Of a DNA stretch of 64,000 nucleotides, positions 37,540 to 51,162 are shown piece by piece. Every line of letters begins with the position of its first letter. The stretch's first letter is position 1. The notes below the pieces were generated by a model. That model ran no database searches. It worked only from the letters and a program-made list of their open reading frames with translations, and was not told the DNA's origin. The stretch lies in the NCBI RefSeq assembly GCF_018350175.1, contig NC_058368.1:220350001-220414000 (forward strand), read 5' to 3'. The DNA comes from Felis catus. Taxonomy: Eukaryota. Position numbers and translations under genes: made by a program.

Positions 37540-38495
37540 TCTGGGGTTCCAAGGCCGTCTGTGACAGCAAGGAGAAATCAGGCCATATCTTTCACACTTT
37601 GCTTGGAAATGTCCTTAGCTAAATATCCCAGTTTATTGCTTACAAGTTCTGCTTTCCACCCATGATAGAATCCAATATAACCAAGGTTTCTGCCATTTTA
37701 CAATAAGAACTTCCTTTCCTCCAACTCCCACAGCATGTATTTCATTTTCTTTTGACCTCACAAGAATTTTTTACCAACATACTCTTGATGATTATATATA
37801 TAAATATATATCATATATATAATATATATAATATATAATATATATTATATATAATATATATAATATATAAAACATATATTATATATATAATATATATTAA
37901 TATATATTATATATAATATTATATATAATATTATATATAATATGTATATGTATACATAGATATCTGTATATCTACATGTAGATATCTACATATCTACATC
38001 TACATGTACTTATTTACAATAAGAACTTCCTTTCCTCCAACTCCCACAGCATGTATTTCATTTTCTTTTGACCTCACAAGAATTTTTTACCAACATTCTC
38101 TTGATGATTATATATATAAATATATATAATATATATATATGTATATAATATGTATATTATATATATTATATATATAATATACATAGATATATATATGTAT
38201 ATATATATACATAGATATCTGTATATCTACATATAGATATATAGATATATAGATATCTATATATAGATATATATCTAAGATAATGGAATCAAACTCTACC
38301 ATGCTGCTCACAACACATGAGCCCTCACCAATATTACATTGTGCATACACATTTCTGCCAACTGACTCTTCAAGGAAATCTAGGCTTATTCTGAGTGCCT
38401 CACAATTCCTCTAGCCTCTACCCATTGCTCAATTCCTACCTCATTTCCACATTTTTAAGTGTTTGTTTCAGCAGAGCCCCAGTCACAATACAAAA
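37540..38495 (-). mobile_element. MaLR (MLT1) internal 5' region, containing a tandem duplication and TA microsatellites
   Basis: caaggaaatctaggc...ctagcctctacccattgctcaattcc...ccacatttttaagtgtttgtttcagcagagcccc matches the recalled MLT1-int 5' end next to the LTR. Confidence 0.75.
37697..38275. repeat. Near-perfect tandem duplication (period ~316 bp) including (TA)n tracts
   Basis: tttacaataagaacttcc...ctcttgatgattatata starts at 37697 and again at 38013. Confidence 0.92.
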
Positions 38496-38497
38496 TC

Positions 38498-38948
38498 TCT
38501 ATCCATTCCTTAGGAAAATATCCTTAGGGCTACTGTAACAAAATATCAAAATCTGGGTGTTTAAAACAAAAACAATTTGTTCTCCCACAGTTCTGGAGGC
38601 CTAAAATCCAAAATCAAGATGTCAGCAGTGACCTGCTCTCTCTGAGGGTTTTAGGAAGAATCTTTGCCTCTCCTGGCTTCTAATGATCCCTGGCATTCCT
38701 TGGCCTGTGGCAGCATAACTTCAATGTTTGCCTCCATCTTCAAATTGTCTACATCTTCAAACTGTCTTTTTGTGTATTTTCCTCTTCTTATAAGAACACC
38801 AGTCATTGGATTTAGGGCCCATTCTAGATCCAGGATGATTTTATCTCAAATTCCTTAACTAATTAGATCTGCAAAGAATCCATTTCCAAATAAGGTAACA
38901 TTCTGAAGTTCTGGATGGACATGAATTTTCAGGAGGACACTACTCAAA
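38498..38948 (-). mobile_element. MaLR LTR, MLT1B/C-like (5' LTR of the adjacent internal segment)
   Basis: ttagggctactgtaacaaaatatc...cacagttctggaggc...cttataagaacaccagtcattggatttagggccc...tttccaaataaggtaacattctga...ggacactactcaa. Confidence 0.9.
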
Positions 38949-40299
38949 ATTATTTTAAGGAAACAACCATGAAATTTCTTATTATAAAATGTCATATTAT
39001 GTTTTAAAGTAACATAGTTGATTTTCCATCCTCATTGCTGTGAATTCTCTCTAGTGTGACTGATCTTACCCTAATCTATCTTAATTCTGGTCCACATGCA
39101 ATCTTTTTTTTTTTTCAGTCTTTTTTTCTACGACATTTTCTTTCTTACAGAATATATTCATTTCATAGCACTAAGCATTAAGATCTGCCCTTTCATGGAG
39201 AAAGCCCAAAATTATGAGTATACCAAGAAACACTTCTCTATATAGGCAAAACAGTTACTCTCACCTGCCTGGGTATTAAACTATGCAATGGAACACAATT
39301 TATCCAAAAGTATGTCCCTTATGTTTGGCTATGATTGCTTCAAGCCATTAACCTGAAATGAGATGGTCGGAGTTGCTTTTGGTTTGAAAACAAAAATATA
39401 AATAATTTGTAACAGCCATATGTTACCTATGCACTGCCTATGATGTATGCTCCTTCACTCTTCCAGACTTGGATAGTTCAGGAACTGGCCCCATTTAATT
39501 TCCTCAAATCTTGATTAAAAAAGCAAAACATGGATCAGATTTCCAATGATCATAAAGAAGTCAAGGGCAGCTTAACTTTCTCAGTTGCTTTCAATAAAAT
39601 GGAAAATGAATGAAAAAACTGATAGTAATTAAAGTGATTGAATTGTATGTTGGCATGCCTTTTCATAACTATGAGAAATGTTAAAATTTGCAATTAGATT
39701 TGCTCTCTATAAGGATATCATTATCACTTAGGGCATTCAGGTAGTGGATAATTTTCAGCTGTTCTGCTAATTTTAAGTAATACTGGCACCCATCTTTAAT
39801 GTGTGATCATAGCCTTAAAGCATATATCTAGATCTTAAGATTTGAAATAAATTTAAAAACTTTTCCCTTTACTAATATTGCAGAAGTATATGGAAAATTT
39901 GGCATCTTTTTATTTATAAATAAAATTTTTATATTTATTATTAGGAAAAAAGTTTCCTATGACAAAATTTACTGAACATCTAATTTTCCATAGACATTTC
40001 CAAATCATTATTCTCTTTATAGAGTAATTCAGTTTTGTTAATGTTCCATTGGGCAGTAGAAAAATATAGTAAGCTATTATGTTTATTTCTTTTATATCAC
40101 ATGGGTACCAATATTCATTTTCATTCTCATCAAGACTTTTTATTGTCTGTTTTGAACATGTTCTCAAAATGTCCCTAGAAGCCATGCACTTTGCAGCTGT
40201 CTAAAACCAAAAGCTATATCCTTCATCCCACTGATCTTAGACTCTAATTTATTGAACTTATTATTTACTATAAAATATGGATTAAATATCCCAACATAC

Positions 40300-41047
40300 T
40301 CAAGAAAAATAAAAGTGATAATTTGACTATCACAGGCGATCCAACGAGGAAAGCTAAATTACTATTTTTTTATTAAAAGGAAAAACAAAAACAATTTCAG
40401 ATCAATGGTTGCTAAAATTAGTTAGCATAAGTATGACAAAAAAGCAGTCTGTTTGTAGACTCTCAAAGTTTCTTGCTACATGATATTTACTAATTATGAA
40501 GAAAAACCATAAATGCAGTTGAAAAACCTGTCATACATCAACTTAATTAAGCATACAAAGTTACCATGACCAGCAACGACATCATCTACCTGCTGAAGTG
40601 ATGTACGAAAAAAGGCGCACTGTTACTTCTGCTGTATTCTTATTTAAAGATTCCTAACATGATAAGGAGAAAACACAACATAAGCCTTCATTAAAGAACA
40701 GTTCACAAAATACTCTTCAAAAGTTTTAAGGTCATGAAAAGCAAAGAAACAATGAGGAACTGTGTTGAAAGACACTAAGGAGACATAAAACTAAATGCTT
40801 TATTTGATTCTGGTTCAAATCCTGAATCAGAAAAAATGAGTTAGTTGGACAATTAAATTAATTTGAATAATATCAGCAGATTAGTTATTATTATTATCAC
40901 TATTATATTAATTTAAGTGTTGATAATTGGTAACATAACGTTAAATTTTGAAGAAATTAAATGAAGGACTAAATGGAAATTCTTTGTAATCCTTTTTTTC
41001 CTTTTTGTACATCTGAGTTTATTTCAAAGTGAAAATCTAAAAAAAAG
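40300..41047 (+). mobile_element. L1MC4-like 3' end
   Basis: ctctcaaagtttc...tactcttcaaaagttttaaggtcatgaaaagcaaagaaacaatgaggaactg...ctaaggagacataaaactaaatgc...atctgagtttatttcaaa, A tail. Confidence 0.85.
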
Positions 41048-41274
41048 TAAGCATTGATGACAGGAAAACTAGAGACAGGAATTGGATTATTTGAATACAA
41101 CCAGAGATACCAGCAGAAACAAAATTATAGTACTTTTTCGTTGCTAAAACCGTTATTTTAAAACATAAGACCAATTGCTCATCTTCCATGGGAGATTACA
41201 GCACCAACCATAAGGTAATAATAAAGATTAACCCCACAATTTAATATATAATGTATAATTCATTTGTAGTTATT

Positions 41275-41320
41275 AATATATACATATGCGTGTGCCTCTG
41301 TCTCCTGTGTGTGTGTTTAT

Positions 41321-41354
<34 letters not shown>

Positions 41355-41386
41355 GTATGTGTATATATATATATGTATGTGTGTAT

Positions 41387-41435
<49 letters not shown>
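41275..41435. repeat. (CA)n/(TA)n compound microsatellite
   Basis: Directly visible. Confidence 0.95.
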
Positions 41436-41437
<2 letters not shown>

Positions 41438-42991
41438 AGCTTTAGCTCCATTGAATGATTCTGGAACAAGTAAAAGGACATATATGATGAAAGCTTTGTA
41501 GAAAATCAAGATTCAGTTAAAAAGAGGAATAAAGGAATAAACGATATGGTGATAAAGCTATAGCAGCAGGGACTGCCAAAAGACCATGACTATGATTCAA
41601 AATAAAAATGAAAAGGATAAACTAATGGGTATGACTCCTCTAAGAGACATAAAAGCAACTTTAGCATCAAAATCCACCCCCAAAAAGACTAACAGAAGTC
41701 AAATGAAAGTGGCAAGACAGTTTGGCTAGGAACAGACAACATCAAACAGGCTGATTCTGAAAGTGATCTGAAAGTTCCAGAACCAGAATCAGAAATGAAG
41801 GTGAGATGACAAAGACTAATCAAAGCAATGGCACTGGGAAAAGGATAAACTGAACTTTACACAATTTCTAAATAAAGATTTCAGGTAGGAGGAGAAATGG
41901 TCTCCTTGCTAAAATGCTATAAAATTATGTTGAGATGTTCAGTTCTTTGCTTTAACAGAGTTATCCTTCTCTCTGTCTCTGTCTCTGTCTCACTGTCTCT
42001 CTGTTTCTCTATCTCTCTGTCTCTCTCTCACACATGCCTTTGCAGTCAAATAAGCTTATCAGTCTAATAATTTTTTTTATTAAAGATAAGAAAATAAACT
42101 ACAGTAAATCTCAAAAACTAATTTTATTTCTGGAACGTATTCACACAAGAAGCAAGAATTAAGTTTACCCCTTTAAAACAGAAAAACAATGTTTTAGTGA
42201 AGTTGTGGTTGACTCTTTTATTGTAGGACCAGGAGATACCCACATTTGTATGCTGGCTATGTATTTTGCTTGACTTTAAATGAAGGAATCCCATAACAAT
42301 TTGGCTTTTTGTAAATAAACACCTTACAAGAAATTATATTTTTAGTGACTTAGAAAGTTAAAACAAACCCAAAGTCAAACTTAAAATATCAGAAGGTCAG
42401 TCTTTCAAACAAGCTAATTTAATTATTTTACATAAGTTGCAAAGTGCATAGATGCTTTGAACTGGCGAAAGCTAATTTGGCTACATTTTGCCCCTTTTTT
42501 TCCTTTCAATTTCTGTTTTCTCTTCAACTGCTATTATATAAATTATCTGGAAATATGCTTGAAAAATTATATGTTCAAGCATTGGTTTATTTTCTCTAAT
42601 AACTATATGTGCAACTCAAATTTATCTGTACCTAATTTTAAACTTTCTTTTGATCCTGAGAGATTCATAGGCTACTACATGACCTAACCAAGGTTTATAT
42701 ATTTTTTTCTCCAAGTTGATGGAGATTTAATAGTCTAAATTTAAGTTCTATTGCACCTGAAGTGAAGCTATAAACCCCTGAACTTAATTTTCTTTTAAAG
42801 AAAATATTTCCTCAATAGAGTTTGAATTTGTCAATCAAATCTACTTCCGTTTTTCTTTTTCTTTTTCCTTTCTCCTTGAAATAACTTTTCTTCTCTAAGC
42901 ATTTACATAGTTATTGGGTCAAAACAGACCATCGTTCTGCAAAACTTGTTTGTGATGTAAGTGGAACAGCAAAAGAAACATGCAATGTTAT

Positions 42992-43183
42992 GGGGCTCCT
43001 GGGTGGCTCAGTCAGTTGAGCATCTGACTTTGTCTCAGGTCATGATCTCATGGCTTGTGACTCAGAGCCTAGAGTCTGCTTCAGATTCTGTGTCCTTTGC
43101 TTGCTCTGCAACCCCTCCCCCACCCTTTGCTCATGCTCTCTTTCTTTCTCTCTCTCTCTCAAGAATAAATAAACCATTTTAAA
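42992..43183 (+). mobile_element. Can-SINE
   Basis: TSD aaaagaaacatgcaatgttat. Confidence 0.93.
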
Positions 43184-43293
43184 AAAAGAAACATGCAATG
43201 TTATAGTTCACTGTATGATAAACCATGTAATCTAATAGATATTTTTTGAAGAATTGGTTTATACTGTTTTCTAAAGAATTCTAAATCAGTAGA

Positions 43294-43352
43294 GGGGCAC
43301 CTGAGTGACTGTCGATTAAGCATCTGACTTTGGCTCAGGTCATGATCTCAGG
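43294..43352 (+). mobile_element. Can-SINE 5' head fragment, abutting an antisense L1 fragment (to ~43660)
   Basis: ggggcacctgagtgact...caggtcatgatctcaggg then abrupt loss of similarity. Confidence 0.75.
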
Positions 43353-43671
43353 GTGACTGTTTATCATCAATGTCTTGATGTTATCCAACTTTATAATATT
43401 TGGTAATCCAATAGAACAATGTTGTCTGTTTTGTCCTCATTTATACTTCTCTGATTATGGAGAAATTGAGGATCTTTGTTATAAATTCATTTGCCACATG
43501 TCTTCCTTCTTTAATAAACTGATTTCTTCATAACTCATATTTGGACTTTTCTTTATATTAGCTTTTTATATATTCAGGTTCATCAATTTTGCCTTCAAAA
43601 ATATTGTCAATATTTTCTTTCAGACTCTAATATTTCATCTTGAAAAATGTCTTTCATTATATAGTAGTATT

Positions 43672-43910
43672 TAAAAAAAATTAATGTTTATTTTTGACAG
43701 AGGGAGAGAGAAAGAGAGAGAGAGAGAGAGACAGAGCATGAATGGGGGAGGGGCAGAGAGAGAGGGAGACACAGAATCTGAAGCAGGCTCCAGGCTCCGA
43801 GCTCCCAGCTGTCATCACAGAGCCCAACGTGGGGCTCTAACCCACGAACCGTGAGATCATGACCTGAGCTGAAGTCGGACGCTCAACCGACTGAGCCACC
43901 CAGGTGCCCC
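43672..43910 (-). mobile_element. Can-SINE
   Basis: TSD tatagtag. Confidence 0.94.
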
Positions 43911-46306
43911 TATAGTAGGTTTTTTAAAAACTGTTTTTCAATGTTTTATGTTACCAAACTGTCAACTTTATTGCCCACTATTTTAATCAAGCATACAATT
44001 GAGAATATTCTTATGTTTTGGAAAATTACTTTGGAACACAATTTTCCTCTTTATTTTAAAAAAGCCAGTGGAGAAAGATGGAGTGGACAAAAAGGCCAAT
44101 ATATGACCATACTCATAGTAACATTTGGATACAGGCTATGCCTTCAGAATACCTCCACATTCATAATCATGTAATATACACGTATTCTCTCACCTAACAA
44201 ACATTTTAAAATATGTATCTTATATAAATAACCTCAACTAAATCATTCTAGAATACATCAAAACTTTATTTATAACTGTAAACACCCAGAAAAACTAAAA
44301 TAGGTGTAAATGGTATAGATTTATTTGCTTATAAGACAGATATGAAAATTTACAAGTCAAATTGAAAGAGAATCAACATCTGCATCTTTTAATTGAGCAA
44401 AATAATAAACCCAGGAAGGCTTATCAGCATCCTTTCTCCTTGGCTGGGAAGTTTTTAGGGCATTATTTCCTGATGATATATTAACATTAATCATTTTAGT
44501 ACTGTTAGTATGGTACTGTTTGTTCAGTACCATTTCTTTTACCTCATGAGTCCTCTTGGACTCAGTTTTCACATTTTGTTTTATTTTGCTGGAGTATGTC
44601 CTGTAATAATTTTACAGAGATTTATATTTGGTAAATTTGAATCCTTATATCTCTCTCTTTTCCTGCCGTATTATTATTCACATACTATAGTTATTCTTAT
44701 TATGTCCTGCCGTATTTTTATTCACATATTATAGTTATCCTTATTACGTGAGATGTTCAGCTCATTACCATAAAAGTGGTAGTCAGGATATTATGATCTA
44801 CCTTGAGCCTCTTCAGTTAACCTATAGCTAAAGCACAACAAGGTGATTAAGAGATATATAACATAAGCCTAATGGCTGAGTTGAATGGAAATGAAGTCAA
44901 CTTTATTACATCATAGTTAAAACCAGGAAAAAAATGCAAAATTATGCCCCAAAGTTTTCTACTAGATCTATAGTAGAAATCAATTTTAGAAAATATAGTT
45001 TCATATCAAGCACACACTGTATTCATCATATAGAAGACATCAGTTGGGTGGGAGCCCATGGCAGAAATGTCCCAGCATGAAGACTCCTGTCAAAGATAAG
45101 AGAAAGCTGCTCATGTCTTTTAGCACATTGTGCATTGACCAAATATCTATCATGTGAAGAATAATGGGAGAAAGAATTACATAGAGGCAGAGGCATTTTT
45201 CAAGGCTAATTTGGAAGTGACATGATTTAGTGGAATCCTCAACCTGACTGTGAAATTTCAAAGAAACTTCACCTTGATACTTTTCCAGCTTTAGGGAATT
45301 AATGGATATCAAGAGAATGATACTGGCTGTCGGTTAACTTTGTCCATGCCAAGTGAGGCATTTTTCAGATATATGCTGGGAGAAGATTCTCTAGGTGGCT
45401 GTTTACCGTTCAGTTATAAACATTTCATTAAACATTCTCCAGGACTGCACCCATGAAGCCCCCACAAAAGAAATGACACCCTCTTCACCCCTTTTTTTCC
45501 TACCTCTCCTCATGTGAATTCTCTCCATCTGCTGCCCTCATGCTGTTACTCTTGTAATTGCAGCATAATTTGGCTGTACGGAAAATGATCGTACTGATTC
45601 TTAGTCTTCTTTCTGAGAACATTGTCAGTCAACCTGCATGCTGGTAGGTTTTATTTGTTTATCTTGTTTTGTTTTGATTTTCAATCCAAAATCACTTTGT
45701 GTTTAATTAGTTATCTTTCTTATAAGCTGTTACACTCCTACATTCTCTAGTATGCTTGTAAAGATATTGTTTATTCAAGAAAATAACACAATTGAAATTT
45801 TCTTGAACCTTAGTTTTGTTGGATATTGAAGGGAAAATAATAGCTTTTCTTTGAACATGATTGTTCACTCTGAATTTATGGTTAGAGATTGCTCGACTTG
45901 GTCTCTATTTCTGCTTACAGAAATAGGGATATCCTATATTGCCAAGAAGAGCATGATCATGACTGATTATTCATTTGGTGCAGGTACCTCATTTTTCCTG
46001 CTTGTTTCCAGGCATTCACAGGCCAGGATCCCTCTTTATCTCAAGATTCGTGTTGGTTTCTCAGAAATAGGACAAGAATGATCTATATTCTGGTATTGTA
46101 GCAATGGGAATAGTGTCTAAAATAAGGCCAAATAACCTATCTGCCCATATTTAAAGGCTCACATAAATATTGATAGTTGCCCCAGGGCACTGTTCTGATC
46201 TTATATCCACTATTAAACAAGCTGTGTGCCTTTGGAACTCAGCATCCCTCTCTCTCTTTCTTCAGCTGTGCATGCCTTATAGAGGGACTTCCTCCATGGA
46301 TTGGAT

Positions 46307-47028
46307 TGTACTGTTTTCTAAGGCTACATAACAGATTGCAATATACTTCGTCACTTAAAAACCAACCATTTATTATCTCAAAATTTTATTGTTCAGAAGT
46401 CTGACTAGGTCTGACTGGATACTCAGCTTTGGGTCTTGCAAGGCTAAAATCAACGTGTCAGCTAAGTCATGTTCTTTCTTTCTGAGGAAGAATCCCCTTC
46501 CCAACTCATTCAGGCAGTTGGCAAAATATGATTCCATGAGGTTTAGGACTGAGGCCCCCATTCACTCTCTGTAAACCATTCATGGTCATTCTCAACCTTA
46601 AGAGATCACCTATTTTCTTTGAATCATGACTCTGTTCATCTTCAAAATCACTAATGGTACCTCGAATCTTTTGTGTGCTCCAAATCGCCTAGACACTGTC
46701 TTCTGCCACAAGAAAGAGAAAGTTTACTGCTTTTAAGCGTTCATAAAATTGCCATGGATGCACCCAGGATAATCCTTTTTATTTCTGATCAACTGCATCA
46801 CACAGCATAATGACACAATTATGGGGATATCTTATTCATAGATGCTGGAGATTATGATGGGGCATCTTTGAGTGGGCAATTTAGAAATTCCGCCTCTCAG
46901 GGTGGCTCAGTGGCTCAGTTGGTTGCCCGAACCCAACCTACTCTTGATTTTAACTCAGGTTATGATCCCAGGGTCATAGAATTGAGCGCCATATTGGGAT
47001 CCGGGCTGAGCATGGAGCCTGCCTAAGA

Positions 47029-47090
<62 letters not shown>

Positions 47091-47171
47091 GCCCCTCCCC
47101 CCCACTCATGCTCTCTCTCTCTCCCAAATTAATAAAATAAAATAAAATAAAATAGAAATTCAGCCTATTAC
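46307..47171 (-). mobile_element. MaLR LTR, MLT1E-like, split by a SINE
   Basis: aaggctacataacag...accatttattatctca...caaggctaaaatcaacgtgtcagc...aactcattcaggcagttggcaaaat...aggactgaggccccc...tagaaattcagcctattaca. Confidence 0.85.
46899..47152 (+). mobile_element. Can-SINE with long (CT)n tract
   Basis: TSD tagaaattc(c/a)gcct. Confidence 0.9.
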
Positions 47172-48325
47172 ACTAACCTACTGTGTTCTCTCACTTTCAT
47201 AATTCTTCCTAATAGAGGTTCACCAGCAGAAGCTATTCCTGTTTTTTGGCATTGATGTGGATACATTTAATTAGCAGTGGATGAGAAGGGCTGGGAACAG
47301 TTTGTGGCTAAATAAGAAAAGGGCTTATTGCCAAGATCTAACAAGAGAACTTTAACTTTTAGCCAAGAAGATGCCATCAAAGCAAAATGTGCTCAACCTG
47401 CCACAGGGACACAAAATTAAATTATTTCTTTGGGCATTCAAATGTGAAATACAATTTGGTATCATTTACATCATATGCTTGGTAAAGAAAGGAAAAAGAA
47501 AATTATTTTATTGACTAAAGAGGACAGGCCAGTCACCAAAACTTTAAAATTCACAAAAAATTAACATTTATTTTTAATATTGGAAAATTGAATATTTTTA
47601 ATCTTACATAATTTTTTATTTTACATTTTTTAAATAACTTTTAAATGCAGATGATCTTTGTCAATTCTCTTGGTTATTGTGATGTTTGTTTACAACCTTC
47701 CATAACTTCAAGAAAAATGTACAAATAATTAAAACATGTGTTTTCACACACATACACACACAGAGGCCAATATAGTTTATGTGTCCAACCATTCTATGAT
47801 TTTCCCTATTCTTTCTATGGGCTATTTTAAGCAATAATTTTCTGAATATTGCACCTTCTCTGCTATGATCCTGATAGGCTAATTTAGGATTGCATCTATA
47901 TGTTGTATATTTCCACTTTAAGGCCACTGTCTTTATTTTCTTTAAAAAAAAGAAACATAATCAAGTTAATCTAATGATAGATTTTAAAAATGCAAACAGT
48001 AAATCTACTTTATTGAAAATTTACTCAAAGCCACATAGGTGACAAGTAATTGAAGCCACATCTGAAAAGCTATTTGAATTCTTGCCACCTTAGTATAATA
48101 AGAATATTATGAAAATTGAGAAAGCATAGGAAATAACAATCTTCTTGAAAATATTATCTCTTCAAAATGTTGAGGAAATTGCATTTATAGTTCTAGTAAT
48201 AGCAAATTATGTGAATACCTCAGTGAATGTGGCAGAATGGCAAGGAAAATAATCAATAAAGTTGGCGAATATAACTTCGAAAGAATAAACATGATATTAT
48301 AAAAATTTAAATTCAAGACTTAAAA

Positions 48326-48518
48326 CAATTGTCTCACACTTCAGTGTGCACAGGGATCTTTGTGGATGCTGCTTTAAAATGGAGGAAAAGGGAATGCATT
48401 CTTCAGAGATTCTGATTCATATACCCCAAAATGGGAACTAAGAAACTTGATTATAGGAGTACATATCTCAAAATACTCTAGAAAAGAACACTGGAGGACC
48501 ATTTTTGTTAAACACCGA
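48326..48518. mobile_element. MER5A/B-like hAT-Charlie DNA transposon
   Basis: tctcacacttcagtgtgcacag...cagagattctgattca...gaggaccattttt gttaaacaccg. Confidence 0.55.
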
Positions 48519-49250
48519 CCAGAGAGGTTTGAAGAAAACAGCTGTAAATTTAATACTACTCAAATGCAAACAAAATTAATATAACATTCCCAATCCTTGC
48601 TGGTAATGAAAATCTGCTATCATATTATTGACCACAAATAAATAGAATTGTAATGCTATATGTAGCAATACAGAAGGATTGATTATAAAATTATTTTTAT
48701 GATGAAAATAAAAGAAATGAACGAGTTAAGTTTTAAATTCTTGAAAATAGAAGTTGGTAGGTTTTAACTACAAACTATAAATTGCCTACTAGAGAAATAA
48801 AAGTTTAGTTGATAGAGGATAAATGATATAGAAAGCTTGGGAGAGAGGAGTGAGGAGAGAGATCCACTCAGAGAGCAAGAGGGAGGGAGGGGAAGAGAGA
48901 AAGAGAGAGGACTGCAAAAATTACAAAGCACACAGAGAAAAACGTACAGCTCTAGAGAACTAGGAACTGTAGTTCTTGGTAGCAAGAACAAAAGGAAGAT
49001 AAAATCCTCAGATGTTCACCACAGCTGCCTACTGCACACTTCAGTTGGAGGATTTCTGCTTAGTGATGCATTTTTCTTGTAGCTTTTATCATAAAAATTT
49101 ATTGAAAAAGTGGTTATTGTTGCCAGTGGTGATGGTGATTGTGGGTGTGATGGTATTATATTACCTTTTTGAACAAAGTGTCTGAAAGAAAATGCATTAA
49201 TCTATTTTCACCCATTTCTCTCATTTAATCAATCTATTTAGAATTACACT

Positions 49251-49411
49251 TTTATTTTTTTTTAATTAATTTATTTATTTGGGGAGAGAGAGAGAATCCC
49301 AATCAGTCTCAACACTGTCAGTGTCAGTCTCAACACTGAGACTCAACCTCACAAACCATGAGATCATGACCAGAGCTAAAATCAAGAGTTGCCTAGCCAA
49401 CTAAGCCACCC
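49251..49411 (-). mobile_element. Can-SINE, degenerate, with a small internal duplication
   Basis: T tail, gagagaatccc, accatgagatcatgacc, aactaagccaccc; cagtctcaacactg occurs twice. Confidence 0.85.
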
Positions 49412-49759
49412 ATACTTTTCAAAACTAGATCCTCTCCTCCTTACTGATCTTTCCCTGCCACATACAATCCGTATGTGCATCTACATTTTTCTTATATTTT
49501 AATAAGCTATTCAAATTATGAGAAGGAGGGGAACCATCTGATGTATGTGACATAAATTTATTGAGTTGCAGCCCTCACCACACTTGCTACTGATGGTAGA
49601 AACGGGAGTGTCGAGAGTTTAAGGTCTTCTTTTCATCCCACTGCCTTTTGCCTTTCCAAGATTCAGGACAGAACTATTCTGTTTCATCTCTATGGTTTCC
49701 ATGAGTATTTCAATAAGGCTAATTCATGCCAATTCATCCACAGACAATGTATCAAACTT

Positions 49760-50410
49760 GACGTGAATAGTATCAGCATGGGTCAACGTGCTGTGGTTCA
49801 TTACTGTGTTTTCTGTATCTTTGTTCATACAAAGAGCTTCTGTTCACTCCTTTTAATGGCTTTATACTACCTTTATATTCAAAAATCACAACATACTAGT
49901 CAATGCTTTATGTGAGGAATTTAAAGTTGCTTCCACCTTTGATTGCTATGGACATTGAGACAGTGGACATTTTGTGTATCAGATATCTCTGGCTATATAC
50001 ATAGTTATGGATTTGCTGTTTCACAAATGTGCACGATTCAACTTTACTAAATGTTGGTGATAGGCCTCCAAAATTATACATATTTATGCTTCCATCAGCA
50101 GCATATGACAGTTCACATTACTACAGTCTCATGAAAATTTTATTTTGGCTGACTTTTAAGTTTTGGGATACTGATGTGGAATAATACCTCATTTTTAAGC
50201 GACATTATGCTGATTACTGATAAAATTATGTGTTTATTAGAAATTCAGGTTTCAAGCTTTTTAAAAATGTCCTTCCCATTTTTTGTTAGTTTTTATTTTT
50301 CTAATCACTTTGAGGAGCTATTTATAAATTATGGAGGCTCAGCTTTTGCTAGCTATATATTTTAAAAATATCTTTCTGCTTTTGTGCTGGTCTGTTTTCT
50401 GTGATTATGG
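49760..50410 (-). mobile_element. Old L1 3' fragment, antisense
   Basis: ttgcttccacctttgattgctat...gcttccatcagcagcatatgacagttc...ctgattactgataaa. Confidence 0.65.
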
Positions 50411-50664
50411 TGTCAAGTTCAGGACTATTCTGATTGGTCAGTCAGGGATCTCACCACCAATATACTGAAAAATGGCCTGACACATCATTGGCAGCTGCAA
50501 AAAAAAAAAAAAAAAAGTGCAGTAAAAACCTTAAAAGATAGAAACTGATTTTTATAAAATGAAAATATTTAAGGAAGATATAAATGGAATATTTTTTTTA
50601 CTAAACTGATTCCCTGAATTTTAAAAATTCATTTTACACATAAAAGTGTTGAATGTATCAGGAC

Positions 50665-50882
50665 TTTTATTTTTTGTTAATTTTTTTAAGTGTTTATTCA
50701 TTTTCGAGAGATAGAGCATGAGCAGGGGAGGGACAGAGAGAGAAGGAGACCCAGAATCTGAAGCAGGCTCCAGCCTCTCATCTGTCAATACAGAGCTCTA
50801 CATAAGAATCGAACCCACAAACCGTGAGAGCATGCCCTAGACAGAAGTCAGAGGCTCAACCGACTGAGCCACTCAGGCACCC
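50665..50882 (-). mobile_element. Can-SINE inserted into the tail of the neighbouring SINE
   Basis: Full body; acttttt repeated on both sides. Confidence 0.92.
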
Positions 50883-50884
50883 AC

Positions 50885-51100
50885 TTTTTATTATTTTTTT
50901 TAAGGTTTATTTATTTATTTAGAGAGGGGGAGGGGCAGAGAGAGACAGGGAGAGAGAGAGAGAATCCCAAGCAGCCTCTGCACTGCCAGCACGGAGTCCA
51001 ATGCAGGGCTCCAACCCAAGAACCATAAGATCATGACCTGAGCTGAAACTAGGGTCAGACATTTAATCACACTTACTTGACTAAGCCACCCCGGCATCCC
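50885..51100 (-). mobile_element. Can-SINE
   Basis: Full body ending agccacccccggcatccc-like head. Confidence 0.92.
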
Positions 51101-51162
51101 AGTCAGCATTTTTAGATTCATCCTGAAACAAGTCCCCAGGTTTAATCACCTGATTACTATAT

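Noticed and set aside
37697..38130. Repeat-spacer pattern as CRISPR-like array (also 51163-51243)
   Set aside because: Mammalian DNA, only 2-4 irregular units, no unique constant-length spacers and no cas genes.
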